64,000 nucleotides of DNA from an uncultured bacterium (GTDB lineage: Bacteria; Eisenbacteria; RBG-16-71-46; CAIMUX01; WJJG01), in the NCBI GenBank assembly GCA_964573295.1, contig CAZNJE010000013.1, positions 14,099-78,098 of the forward strand. The letters run 5' to 3'. The notes beneath the pieces were generated by a model, which did no database searches, was not told where the DNA came from, and was given only the letters and a program-made list of their open reading frames with translations. Below are positions 30,893-40,264 of this stretch, piece after piece. Within the stretch, counting starts at the first letter, position 1. Each line of letters starts with the position of its first letter. The position numbers and the translations under genes are program-made.

Positions 30893-31339
30893 CTAGGAGC
30901 GGGGAGGATGGAAGATGTCCACCGGATCCAGCGAGCAGAAGACCCCAATCACGGGGATCCGGTGGGGGCGGACCACGTAACGGGGCGAAAGGGTGACCGG
31001 TCGTGGCTGGAGGACCAAGAGCCCCGCGCAGCACGATCGGAAACAGCTGTGGCAGGCGGTGGGGCAGCCGGTGGGGCAGCAGTCGTTCTGATCGGCGCCG
31101 AAATCGGGACAAGCGTTCAGCGCCGATGAGAGCGGCTCATCGAAATCCGACGCCCGTTCGTCCGGCCGGCGCTCGTCTGGTAGGGAGATGGGCTCACAGG
31201 CCTCCTCCTCAGCTGAGCACCCACACCGGTTCGCCGCCGCGGCCGAGGCGCGATCAGCGCCCACGGCGAACACGGGCGTGCTTCCCAGTCCCATCGTGAC
31301 CAGGAGCAAGCATGTGATGATGCAAGGCAAGGTGTTCAT
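30893..31339 (-). CDS. Small secreted Cys-rich protein ending FHPPRS (DUF2946/CzcI-like)
   Basis: Signal peptide, CCxxxCxxxCxxCxxxCC cluster, terminal HPPR; first gene upstream of the metal RND pair. Confidence 0.7.
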   Translation of the reverse strand: MNTLPCIITCLLLVTMGLGSTPVFAVGADRASAAAANRCGCSAEEEACEPISLPDERRPDERASDFDEPLSSALNACPDFGADQNDCCPTGCPTACHSCFRSCCAGLLVLQPRPVTLSPRYVVRPHRIPVIGVFCSLDPVDIFHPPRS

Positions 31340-31764
31340 CCCGTGAACCGTCCGCCTACCCGTCATGAACGCAAGCCGAGGCACTGCTCTCACTGTGACC
31401 CTACCCCACCCCTCGGGCAGGGGTGAGTTCCAGCGGGTCCGGCCACCGCGGGGGTTGCAAGCCACGCCTGGGTCGCCATCGTGTTGCGCCTAGGGCGATC
31501 CATTGGGAGTCGGCCACACGCGTGATGCCCGCGAAGAACTCGCCGGCCCCAGCGGACCAGGCGGGGAAAATAGCGGCGACGAGCAGGACGATCACTCCTC
31601 GGGGGATCGTACCCACCCGGACCGGTCTTCCGGGACCCGACGTGTTCCCCTCATCGATCACTCCTCGCTAGGCGCGCGTGATCGTGTCTTGTCCTCGGAT
31701 TCCTGTGCGCTATCCTTGGTCGCTCATCTTGCGCGGAGTCTGGAGTTCGGATCGAGGAAGTAGC

Positions 31765-32189
31765 ATGCTGCCACGAATGCTGATGATGACCATCCTCTGC
31801 CTGCTGGCCGCCGCTCCATCGGGGGCGGACTCGGGAGTGCGGGCTCGTCCGCCGAGGGCGACCCTGTCATCCGCACCGGGGTCACGGTGGTTTTGCCCCG
31901 GGGCAAAACTCCCCACCCCTATCGGGCCGACTGGTTCACGCTCAACGGCGATGGCGAACTCACCGGCCTGTCGTACGTCCAGGACTTCGGCGCCGGCTAC
32001 GGTCCGATCGAGATCACCAAGACCAACAGCGTGGGCATCGTGCGCGATGCCATTGGACAGTGGTGCCAGGCCCGGTTCGGCAGTAATGTGTTGGTCGCCG
32101 CCGAGACCATGACCGGCATCCACGGCCACCGGCTGCACGCCTTGCCGCATGACCGGCTGCGTGAGGTGATGAAGGCCTACGGCCGCTAG
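31765..32189 (+). pseudogene. DmpA/P1 (S58) peptidase relic with two internal deletions and a frameshift
   Basis: Frame 1: signal peptide plus VRAR. Frame 3: EGDPVIRTGVTVVLPRG...WFTLNGDGELTG...ITKTNSVGIVRDA, joined directly to the C-terminal VAAETMTG...ALPHDRLREVMKAYGR. Confidence 0.8.
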
Positions 32190-32219
32190 CGCGACCGCAT
32201 CTGGCGCGACCGCATCCGG
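32190..32219. repeat. 15-bp tandem duplication (CGCGACCGCATC(T/C)GG)
   Basis: Seen directly after the DmpA-like stop codon. Confidence 0.8.
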
Positions 32220-32269
32220 GCGCAACCCCATCCAGCCATCGCTTGATGAAGGTGAGAGGAGCCCCACCG

Positions 32270-34450
32270 ATGCCAAGCAACCACGTCACCACGATCGCGC
32301 GCGAGCTACAGCTCGAACCGCAGCGCGTGGAAGCCGCCGCCCAACTGCTGGGCGGCGGCGCTACGGTGCCCTTCATCGCCCGCTATCGCAAGGAAGCCAC
32401 CGGATCACTCGATGAGGTGGCCATCACCGCGATTCGCGACCGGCTCGAACAGCTGGCCGAACTCGACCGGCGGCGAGAAGCTATCCTGAAGTCGCTCACC
32501 GAGCGTGAGCTCCTGTCGCCCGAACTCGAAGCGAAGATTTCCGCCGCTCCCACACTGGCCGTCCTCGAGGACGTCTATCTTCCCTTCCGTCCCAAGCGGC
32601 GCACGCGAGCGATGATCGCGCGCGAGAAAGGTCTCGAGCCCCTGGCCGAACTGTTGTTCGAGCAGCGCGGCGATCGGCCCCTCGATCCGGAAGCGGCCGC
32701 CCGCGACTACATCGATCAAGAGCGCGGCGTGCCCGATGCGGCGTCGGCACTGGCGGGAGCTCGCGACATCATCGCCGAGCAGGTCAGCGAGCACGCCGAC
32801 GCGCGGGCCCGTTTGCGCGAGTTCTTCAAACGTAAGGGGATCCTGACCTCACGCGTGGCCAAGAACAAGGAGACCGAGGGCGCGAAGTACAAGGACTACT
32901 TCGACTGGCAGGAGCCGGCACTGGCGGCGCCCTCCCACCGCGTGCTCGCCATGCTGCGTGGTGAGAAGGAGGGCTACCTATACCTTCACATCGCGCCGCC
33001 CGAAGAGCCGGCCCTCGCATTGCTCGAGCGTCTCTTCGTGCGCGGCACGGGCCCGGCCTCCCAACAGGTGGCCCTGGCCACGGAAGACGGCTACAAACGG
33101 CTGCTGGCCCCCTCGCTGGAGACCGAACTGCGCGTGGCGATCAAACTGCGCGCCGATGATGAGGCGATCCGGGTCTTTGCCGACAACCTGCGTGAGCTGC
33201 TGCTGGCGCCACCGCTGGGACAAGAACGAGTGCTGGCCCTTGACCCAGGCTTTCGGACCGGCTGCAAGCTCGTGTGTCTGGATGCCCAGGGCGCATTGCT
33301 GCACCACGAAACGATCTACCCGCATACCGGCGGCGCTCGGGCCGAAGAGGCATCCGGGCGGTTGCGTGACCTTGGTCAACGTTTCGAGATCGAGGCGGTC
33401 GCGATCGGCAACGGTACCGCCGGACGGGAGACCGAGCGCTTTGTTCGTGCGGCCGGCCTGCCGAAGGCCATCGCGATCGTGATGGTCAATGAGTCGGGAG
33501 CGTCGGTCTACTCCGCATCCAAAGCCGCGCGCGAGGAGATGCCCGAGCAGGACGTCACCGTGCGCGGGGCCGTCTCGATCGGCCGGCGCCTGATGGATCC
33601 GCTGGCCGAGCTGATCAAGATCGACCCCAAGTCGATCGGCGTGGGACAGTATCAGCACGACGTCGACCAGGGCGCGCTCAAACGCAGTCTCGACGATGTG
33701 GTGATGAGCTGCGTCAACAGCGTGGGCGTGGACGTGAACACCGCCAGCCATCAGCTCCTGGCCTACGTCTCCGGGCTGGGCCCGCAGCTCGCCCGCGGAA
33801 TCGTGGCCCACCGCACCGAGCACGGGCCGTTCCCTCACCGGCGCGCGTTGCTCAAGGTCTCACGCCTGGGGCCGAAGGCCTTCGAACAGGCTGCCGGGTT
33901 CTTGCGCATCCGAGGCGGGGAACATCCGCTCGATGCCAGCGCGGTGCATCCCGAGAGCTATCCGATCGTTGACGCCATGGCGCGTGATCTGGGCAGCACG
34001 GTCGGCGATCTGCTCCAAGACCAGAAGCAGCGAGAGCGCATCGATCTCGAGCGCTATGTGGATGATCGCGTTGGCATGCCCACCCTGCGCGACATCCTGG
34101 CCGAACTGGCGCGGCCGGGACGCGATCCGCGCGAACGCTTCGAAGCCTTTGCCTTCGCCGAGAATGTCGCCGCCATCGAGGACGTCCGGCCGGGCATGCT
34201 GCTGCCGGGCATCGTGACCAACGTCACCGCCTTCGGCGCCTTCGTCGATATCGGTGTTCATCAGGACGGACTCGTCCACATCAGCCAGCTCGCCGACCGC
34301 TTCGTGCGCGATCCCGCCGAGGTGGTCAAGGTGGGGCAGCAAGTATCGGTGGCGGTGCTGGAGGTCGACCTGGAACGTAGGCGCATCTCGCTGTCGATGC
34401 GTTCGGCCGCCGGCGGCTCGAGGAACCGAGCCCAGACTGATTCAGGTTGA
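32270..34450 (+). CDS. tex: Tex family RNA-binding transcriptional accessory protein
   Basis: TVPFIARYRKEATG, DPGFRTGCK, NESGASVYSAS, DPKSIGVGQYQHD; C-terminal S1 domain. Confidence 0.95.
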   Translation: MPSNHVTTIARELQLEPQRVEAAAQLLGGGATVPFIARYRKEATGSLDEVAITAIRDRLEQLAELDRRREAILKSLTERELLSPELEAKISAAPTLAVLEDVYLPFRPKRRTRAMIAREKGLEPLAELLFEQRGDRPLDPEAAARDYIDQERGVPDAASALAGARDIIAEQVSEHADARARLREFFKRKGILTSRVAKNKETEGAKYKDYFDWQEPALAAPSHRVLAMLRGEKEGYLYLHIAPPEEPALALLERLFVRGTGPASQQVALATEDGYKRLLAPSLETELRVAIKLRADDEAIRVFADNLRELLLAPPLGQERVLALDPGFRTGCKLVCLDAQGALLHHETIYPHTGGARAEEASGRLRDLGQRFEIEAVAIGNGTAGRETERFVRAAGLPKAIAIVMVNESGASVYSASKAAREEMPEQDVTVRGAVSIGRRLMDPLAELIKIDPKSIGVGQYQHDVDQGALKRSLDDVVMSCVNSVGVDVNTASHQLLAYVSGLGPQLARGIVAHRTEHGPFPHRRALLKVSRLGPKAFEQAAGFLRIRGGEHPLDASAVHPESYPIVDAMARDLGSTVGDLLQDQKQRERIDLERYVDDRVGMPTLRDILAELARPGRDPRERFEAFAFAENVAAIEDVRPGMLLPGIVTNVTAFGAFVDIGVHQDGLVHISQLADRFVRDPAEVVKVGQQVSVAVLEVDLERRRISLSMRSAAGGSRNRAQTDSG

Positions 34451-34604
34451 GGACGTTGAAGACTTCAGAGTCTCCTGCTCCACAATTCACTCGGTATGGT
34501 GCGCAAATTTGGTCGCGACATTGAGCAGTTTGCCTGCCCGAGTTTCCGGCTCAGCGAAGCCTGCTCCCGCCATCCGCGACCTCGCCGCACCCACCTGGGA
34601 GCGT

Positions 34605-35087
34605 TCACGGAGACCGTAGCGGCACCGCGATCCGCCCCAGGATCGCCTCCAGACCGCGGACATCGGCCTCGGTAAAGGCGCCCTTGCGATCCGAGTCCAC
34701 GTCCAGCACGCCGATCAGTGTGCCCGCCGCGTCACGGAGTGGCATGACCACCTCGCTGCGCGAGCGCGCGTCGCACGCCACGTGATCCGGAAACGCCTCC
34801 ACATCCTCGACCAGCACCGGCTCGCCCCGCTTCACACAGGCCCAGCACACACCGTCGGGGCCGGGCAGAACCGCGCAGGCCAGCGGGCCTTGATAGGGTC
34901 CCACGATGAGCCGATCACCGGCCAGACGATAGAACCCCGTCCAGAAGTAGTGGGGCATCTTGTGATGCAGGAGGGCCACGGTCGTGGCCATGCGGGCGGT
35001 GAGATCGCCGGTCTTCTCGAAGAGCTCGGCCAGTTGCAGGTCGATGCGCTCGTAACGTCCAGCCAGACTTTCAGATCCTGGGGCCAT
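34605..35087 (-). CDS. GAF-domain protein (free methionine-R-sulfoxide reductase-like)
   Basis: FWTGFY, VGPYQGPLAC, GVC, FPDHVACD, SEVVMP, GVLDVDS. Confidence 0.85.
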   Translation of the reverse strand: MAPGSESLAGRYERIDLQLAELFEKTGDLTARMATTVALLHHKMPHYFWTGFYRLAGDRLIVGPYQGPLACAVLPGPDGVCWACVKRGEPVLVEDVEAFPDHVACDARSRSEVVMPLRDAAGTLIGVLDVDSDRKGAFTEADVRGLEAILGRIAVPLRSP

Positions 35088-35120
35088 GCTCTGTACTCTC
35101 CCATTCTCCGGCCGATGCGC

Positions 35121-35150
35121 TTGGCACGGCTTGGCTTGAACCGATATGCT
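35121..35150 (+). promoter_or_regulatory. Sigma70-like promoter TTGGCA-N18-TATGCT
   Basis: Sequence match; the implied start site near 35157 coincides with the 5' end of a long hairpin. Confidence 0.45.
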
Positions 35151-35157
35151 AACCGCC

Positions 35158-35300
35158 GAACCCGAGCATGACCTGCGTACGAGGGTCGCAGCCCAGGTCG
35201 ACGTTCGAGTACCGGCAGCCGTAGGTCGTACGCTGGGGATCGCCGGCCGAGGACCTCGTACCGGTGGCCCTCCGTGCACAGGTTCGCCGCCAGTGGGTTC
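35158..35300 (+). ncRNA. Candidate rod-shaped structured RNA (6S-like or unknown leader)
   Basis: Nested pairings found by hand: GAACCC/GGGTTC, GACCTG/CAGGTT, GTACG/CGTGC, AGGGTCGC/GTGGCCCT, AGGTC/GACCT, CCGGC/GCCGG. Confidence 0.4.
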
Positions 35301-35332
35301 CCTCGCAACCGTGGAATGGGAAGGGTCGAGAC

Positions 35333-36529
35333 ATGCGAGTGCTTCTCTTGGGCGTGGGCATGCAAGGCAAAGCCGCCCTCCACGACCTCGTGGCCAGCAC
35401 CGAGGTCACCGGTATCCTGGCCGCCGACGCAAACCTCGATGGCCTGCGTGCCCACGCGGCCCGGATGGGGTATGAGGCCTGTGGCCACCTGCAGTGCGTA
35501 CCCTGTGACGCGGACGACTCGCGGCAACTCAGGGTCCTCTTCGAGCAGCGGCCCGATGTCGTCATCGACCTTCTGCCGGTCCACTTCGGTCACGCGGTCG
35601 CGCAGCTTGCCATCGAGCATCAGGTGGACCTGGTCAACACGATGTACGTACGTCCCGAAATCCGCGCCCTTGCCGATCGCGCCCGAGCCCGCGGCGTCAC
35701 CATCCTGCCGGAGTTCGGCCTCGATCCCGGGATCGACCTGGTTCTCCTGGGCGAGGTGGTGCGCTCGCTGGATGAGATCGAAACACTCGACAGCTACGGC
35801 GGCGGCCTCCCCGAACCCGATGCCGCCGAGCCGCCTCTGCGCTACCGCGTGACCTGGACCTTCGCCGGGGTCTTGCGCGCCTATCGCCGCGCGGCGCGGC
35901 TCGTCGCCGATCGCGGTGTGCGGGAAATTCCACCCGAGGAGATCTTCGCCCCGCAGCACATTCACCCCGTGGAGGTCGACGGCCTGGGGAGGCTCGAAGC
36001 CTATCCGAACGGAGATGCTCTCGCCTTCGCCGAGGCAGCCGGGCTGGATCCGGGGCGCCTCCGATCGACCGGCCGCTATACCCTGCGCTATCCCGGCCAT
36101 GCCGAGCTATGGCGATTGCTGGGTCGGCTGCACCTGCTCGACGAGGAGCCGGTCTTCGTCGGCGGCCATCCGGTGAACCGGCGCGACTACCTGGCCGGCG
36201 TGTTGGGGCCGCACCTCGAGCTCGGAGAGGACGAGAGGGATGTGTCGATCGTGCGCATCGAGGCGACCGGACGGCGCGAGGGACGGCGCGTTCGCGTGAT
36301 CGCCGAGCTGATCGACTGGCGCGATCACGAGTCGGGACTCACCGCCATGAGCCGGACGGTGGGCTTCACCGCCAGTATCGGCGCCCATCTGCTGGCGCGC
36401 GACGCACTGCCCGGGCCCGGCCTGCTCTCGCCGGTGCGCGACGTTCCCTACGATCGCTTCACCCGCGAGCTCGAACGACGCGGGATCCGCACGACCCTGC
36501 GGATCGAGACCGAGGAGGGAGCTCGATGA
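35333..36529 (+). CDS. Saccharopine dehydrogenase family protein
   Basis: N-terminal Rossmann motif LLGVGMQG, FGLDPGID, YGGGLP, YRVTWT, LEAYPNG, TLRYPGH, AMSRTVGF. Confidence 0.9.
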   Translation: MRVLLLGVGMQGKAALHDLVASTEVTGILAADANLDGLRAHAARMGYEACGHLQCVPCDADDSRQLRVLFEQRPDVVIDLLPVHFGHAVAQLAIEHQVDLVNTMYVRPEIRALADRARARGVTILPEFGLDPGIDLVLLGEVVRSLDEIETLDSYGGGLPEPDAAEPPLRYRVTWTFAGVLRAYRRAARLVADRGVREIPPEEIFAPQHIHPVEVDGLGRLEAYPNGDALAFAEAAGLDPGRLRSTGRYTLRYPGHAELWRLLGRLHLLDEEPVFVGGHPVNRRDYLAGVLGPHLELGEDERDVSIVRIEATGRREGRRVRVIAELIDWRDHESGLTAMSRTVGFTASIGAHLLARDALPGPGLLSPVRDVPYDRFTRELERRGIRTTLRIETEEGAR

Positions 36530-36978
36530 CTCTTCCCCAACCATCCCGACCGATCGAGATCCTGCTCATCGAGGACAATCCCGCCGACGTCCGGCTGACC
36601 GAGGAGGCGCTGCTCGAAGGCCGGATGAGCAATCATCTCAGTGTCGCCGGCGACGGCGAGACCGCGCTCCAGATGCTCAGGCGCGAAGGCGTCTACGCAA
36701 ACCAGCCCCGGCCCGATCTCATTCTGCTGGACCTCAACCTACCGAAGCTCGATGGGCGGGATGTACTGGCCCAGCTCAAGCAAGACCCGGTTCTTCGCAA
36801 GATTCCAATCATCGTCCTGACGACCTCGTCGGCACGTGAGGACATCGAGCAGAGCTACCGGCTCCATGCGAACTGCTACATCTCGAAGCCGGTCGAGTAT
36901 GGGGAATTCCTGGAGGTGATCCGCCTGATCGAGGACTTCTGGCTCCGGAGAGTGCGGTTGCCGGGCGTATGGGACTAG
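36526..36978 (+). CDS. Single-domain response regulator (Rcp1-like)
   Basis: ILLIEDNPAD, PDLILLDLNLPKLDG, VLTTSS, ANCYISKP; ATGA overlap with the upstream gene. Confidence 0.95.
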   Translation: MTLPQPSRPIEILLIEDNPADVRLTEEALLEGRMSNHLSVAGDGETALQMLRREGVYANQPRPDLILLDLNLPKLDGRDVLAQLKQDPVLRKIPIIVLTTSSAREDIEQSYRLHANCYISKPVEYGEFLEVIRLIEDFWLRRVRLPGVWD

Positions 36979-36995
36979 GAAGTCCAAGGCAGAAT

Positions 36996-37880
36996 CTAGT
37001 CTTCGGGCTCCAGCCGGGCACCGCAGTACTTGCAGTGCACCGCATCCGGGTCATGTCCCTCGGCGGCACACATCGGACAGGCTTGGGTGGAGACCATCTC
37101 CCGGCCCGTGCGCGCCAACTCCACCGAAACGATACCGGTCGGCACCGCGATGATCCCGTAGCCCATGATCATGACCACCGACGCCAGCAACCGTCCCAGC
37201 ACCGTGGCCGGGGCCAGGTCGCCGTAGCCCACGGTCGTCATGGTGACCACAGCCCAGTAGATACTGATCGGAATGCTGGAGAAGCCGCTCGCCTCGCCCT
37301 CGATCAGGTACATCAAAGCCCCGACGATGACAAGCAGCGTCACGACACCTGCCAGAAAGACGACGATCTTGCGAGCACTGGCGCGCAGGGCGGTCCTCAG
37401 ATGCTCCGCTTCCCCCACGAAGTAGCCAAGCTTGAGCACGCGGAAGACGCGCATCATACGCAGCGCGCGGATCACGGCGAGGGATTGTGTGCCGGGAAGG
37501 ATGACGCTCAGGTAGGTTGGCAGAATCGCCAGTAGGTCGACGATCCCGAAGAAGCTTCGCGCATAACGTATCGGGCGGCCTACGACCAGAAGCCGCATGA
37601 GATACTCCGCGGAGAACAGTCCCGTGATGATCCACTCGATGGTTCGCATTGCCGCGCCGTAGCGCTCCCTGAGCGGCGCGACGCTCTCCAGCAAGACGGT
37701 CGTGACGCTGAGCACGATCAGTATCAAGAGGGCTATGTCGAACGTCTTGCCGGCAGCCGAATCGGCTTCGAAGATGATCTCGTGCGCGCGGTGTCTCCAC
37801 GGCGCCTGGTGGGCTGTCGGCGGGCCGTCCGGCCGGCTCGATGGCGTCATCGGTGTCGTCGATGTCGTCGGTTTCATCAC
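36996..37880 (-). CDS. Six-TM potassium channel / ion transporter
   Basis: S4 helix IRALRMMRVFRVLKL; filter TTVGYGD; C-terminal CxxC...CxxC. Start could be 37848. Confidence 0.9.
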   Translation of the reverse strand: MMKPTTSTTPMTPSSRPDGPPTAHQAPWRHRAHEIIFEADSAAGKTFDIALLILIVLSVTTVLLESVAPLRERYGAAMRTIEWIITGLFSAEYLMRLLVVGRPIRYARSFFGIVDLLAILPTYLSVILPGTQSLAVIRALRMMRVFRVLKLGYFVGEAEHLRTALRASARKIVVFLAGVVTLLVIVGALMYLIEGEASGFSSIPISIYWAVVTMTTVGYGDLAPATVLGRLLASVVMIMGYGIIAVPTGIVSVELARTGREMVSTQACPMCAAEGHDPDAVHCKYCGARLEPED

Positions 37881-37915
37881 CGAGAACCCTAGGCGAGGCC
37901 CCCCGCCGAATCAAG

Positions 37916-38568
37916 ATGACACTGCGATCGGCACATGCACTCCGCCACCGGGCCGCCATTCTCCTGGCCAGCTTCGTATCCGCCGGGTACGTCGGGTGTA
38001 CCGGGCACGCCGGGTGTGCCGGGTCCAGGACCCAACACGACGGCGCCATGGTCACGGTTACTGATCACCGGCCCCAATGTGACCGCGCCATGACCGAGGA
38101 TGCCGGTCAGCAAGCCCAAGATGATGCGGTCGACCGGTGGGTTCATCGGTGGATGCAGGAGCGCCACATCCCAGGCCTCTCCCTCGCGGTCGTCAAGGGA
38201 GGCCGCGTCGTCAAGACGCGCGCCTACGGACTCGCAAGCATCGAGCTCGAGGTGCCCGCGAGTACCACGACCGTCTACGCCCTGGCCCCTGGTACAGCCG
38301 TCTGGCGCTGACCGAGGAAGGACTTCGTCCGGGCAACCGGTTGCATCGCCTTCACGTCGAGTACCCCGAATTCATGCGCACCGCCGGTGGTCTGAACTCC
38401 ACGGTCTCCCTTCATCGCTACCTGGATGACGATCTCACGGTCATCGTGCTCACGAACTGCCAGGGGGCGGGACCCAACGAAATCGCCGAGGGCGTGGCAC
38501 GCGTCTATGTTCCCGAACTCGCCGAATCCCCGGTGTTTCTGTCCGCTGCCGCCCATAACGAAGATTGA
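37916..38568 (+). pseudogene. Serine hydrolase (beta-lactamase fold) lipoprotein relic with two internal deletions
   Basis: Lipobox YVGC; HIPGLSLAVVKGG...YGLASIELEVPASTTTVYALA breaks just before SxxK; shifted frame gives PWYS...AGGLNSTV, joined to RYLDDDLTVIVLTN. Confidence 0.8.
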
Positions 38569-38665
38569 GCTTGCAAGGAACCCGGCGAAGCTGCGTAATC
38601 CCTGCCCATAAGCGACCTCAACTGAAGTCCGATTCCCATCTACCCCGTGCGGAAGAGGTGGCTCG

Positions 38666-40264
38666 ATGGATCCGAACTCATCCCCACGCATCGCCGGGTC
38701 GGTACCGACTCCGGGGCGACGGCGCACCGGTGCCCAGCCGGGCTATCGATCGCGCTCCAAACCGTGCCGTGGACCGCGACTCGGGACGCCCCGCGGAGGG
38801 CGATGCCGTTCGCGCCGTGAATCCGACCGCGCCAGCGGATTGATCCCCTGGCTCCTCCTTCTGATCCTGGGCCTTTCGGGGCAGCTTGGCGGACCAGCGC
38901 ACGGGGATTCGAACACGATCACCCTCTCGGATGCCCTCGAACGGGCCCTGGCGAACAATCCCGAGCTGCAAGCCAGCCACCACGCCGCCGAAGCGGCGCG
39001 GTGGACTTCCCGCCAAGCAAAGGGCCAACTCCTCCCCTCGCTCAACCTTCAAAGCGGGTTCACCCGTCTGGACGAGGAGACGGTCGCGCGGGCCAACGCC
39101 CTCGGTACCGAGTTCACGATGTACTTCCCCGACAGCAGCGGGATGCTTCAACCGGTGACGATCGAAATTCCTCAGACCGTCTTTCGTGACGGCTACCGAA
39201 CGACCCTGACCGCCCAGTGGCTGCTGCTCAATCCCTCGGTGTGGAACACGGCATCGCTGGCCGGTACGGCCGCCGGCGTCGCCCGCGCCGAACACGAGGT
39301 AGCGCGCCAGCGAACGATCCACCAGGTCATCTCCCGCTATCTGGACCTGCTCAAGGCCCACGAGGCCGCCACGATCCAGCGGGATCACCTCGCCCTGGCT
39401 CGCCAGAGCCGGGAGCAAGCCGAGCGGCTCTACGATGTCGGCCGTTATGCCGAAGCCGATGTGCTGCGCTGGCGCGTGGAGGAAGCGCAGCAGCAGCAAC
39501 TCCTGGTCCGGCAGGAGAGCGCCCGGCACATCGCCGCCCTGGCGCTGGAGAACGCCCTCGGCGAAATGCCCCTCGGACACACGCGGCCGGTGCCGGAGCT
39601 GCCCGCGCCGCTCGAGCACGCGCTGGAGGGTTTCCGCGTCCAGGATGAGACCGCCTGGCACGACTTCTTGGACCGATCGCTCGATCCGGCGGTCCGAGCC
39701 ACGCCGACCTACGCGATCCTGGAGGGCGCCGTGCGTAGCGCCCGGCTCGAACACCGGCAGAGCACCTACGAGTTCCTGCCCACGCTGGTCGTGAGCGGCA
39801 GCTACGGGTGGCAAGAAAACGACACCTTCGAGCCCGATGGAGAGAAAGCCTGGTCGGTGGGTGCCACCCTCAACCTACCTCTCTTCGACGGACTGCGGAA
39901 TGTCTCCGGCTTCCAGGCCAGCGACCACCGCCTGGCCGAGGCCCGCCGAACGCTCGAGACCTCCTACCGGAATATGCTGTTGGCCGCGGGGAGCGCCCGC
40001 ACCCAGATTCAGAGTTTCGTCGAGCAACTTCGCTTGGCCGAAGCCAGTCTGGAGAGCGCCCGGCGCAGTTTCGAGATCCGGAAGAACAGCTTCTCGCTGG
40101 GGCGTCTCAGCAACATCGAGTGGATCGACGCCCACCTGACGCTACGCACCGCTGAACAGAACCGGACCCTGGCCTACTACGATCTGATCCAATCGATCGC
40201 CGACTACCACCATGCCATCGGACGCATTGATGAACTGACATCGATCCAAGGGAGAAGACGATGA
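38666..40264 (+). CDS. TolC family outer membrane factor
   Basis: TLSDALERALANNPEL; two OEP repeats; the true start may lie downstream. Confidence 0.9.
   Translation: MDPNSSPRIAGSVPTPGRRRTGAQPGYRSRSKPCRGPRLGTPRGGRCRSRRESDRASGLIPWLLLLILGLSGQLGGPAHGDSNTITLSDALERALANNPELQASHHAAEAARWTSRQAKGQLLPSLNLQSGFTRLDEETVARANALGTEFTMYFPDSSGMLQPVTIEIPQTVFRDGYRTTLTAQWLLLNPSVWNTASLAGTAAGVARAEHEVARQRTIHQVISRYLDLLKAHEAATIQRDHLALARQSREQAERLYDVGRYAEADVLRWRVEEAQQQQLLVRQESARHIAALALENALGEMPLGHTRPVPELPAPLEHALEGFRVQDETAWHDFLDRSLDPAVRATPTYAILEGAVRSARLEHRQSTYEFLPTLVVSGSYGWQENDTFEPDGEKAWSVGATLNLPLFDGLRNVSGFQASDHRLAEARRTLETSYRNMLLAAGSARTQIQSFVEQLRLAEASLESARRSFEIRKNSFSLGRLSNIEWIDAHLTLRTAEQNRTLAYYDLIQSIADYHHAIGRIDELTSIQGRRR

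Noticed and set aside
35158-35332. Lysine riboswitch or SRP RNA as the identity of the structured region
   Set aside because: AGTA and CAGG...GCAGC fragments are present, but the loop-E GAA partner, ACUGUC and GGAG(C)GC elements and the SRP GGAA tetraloop helix are not.
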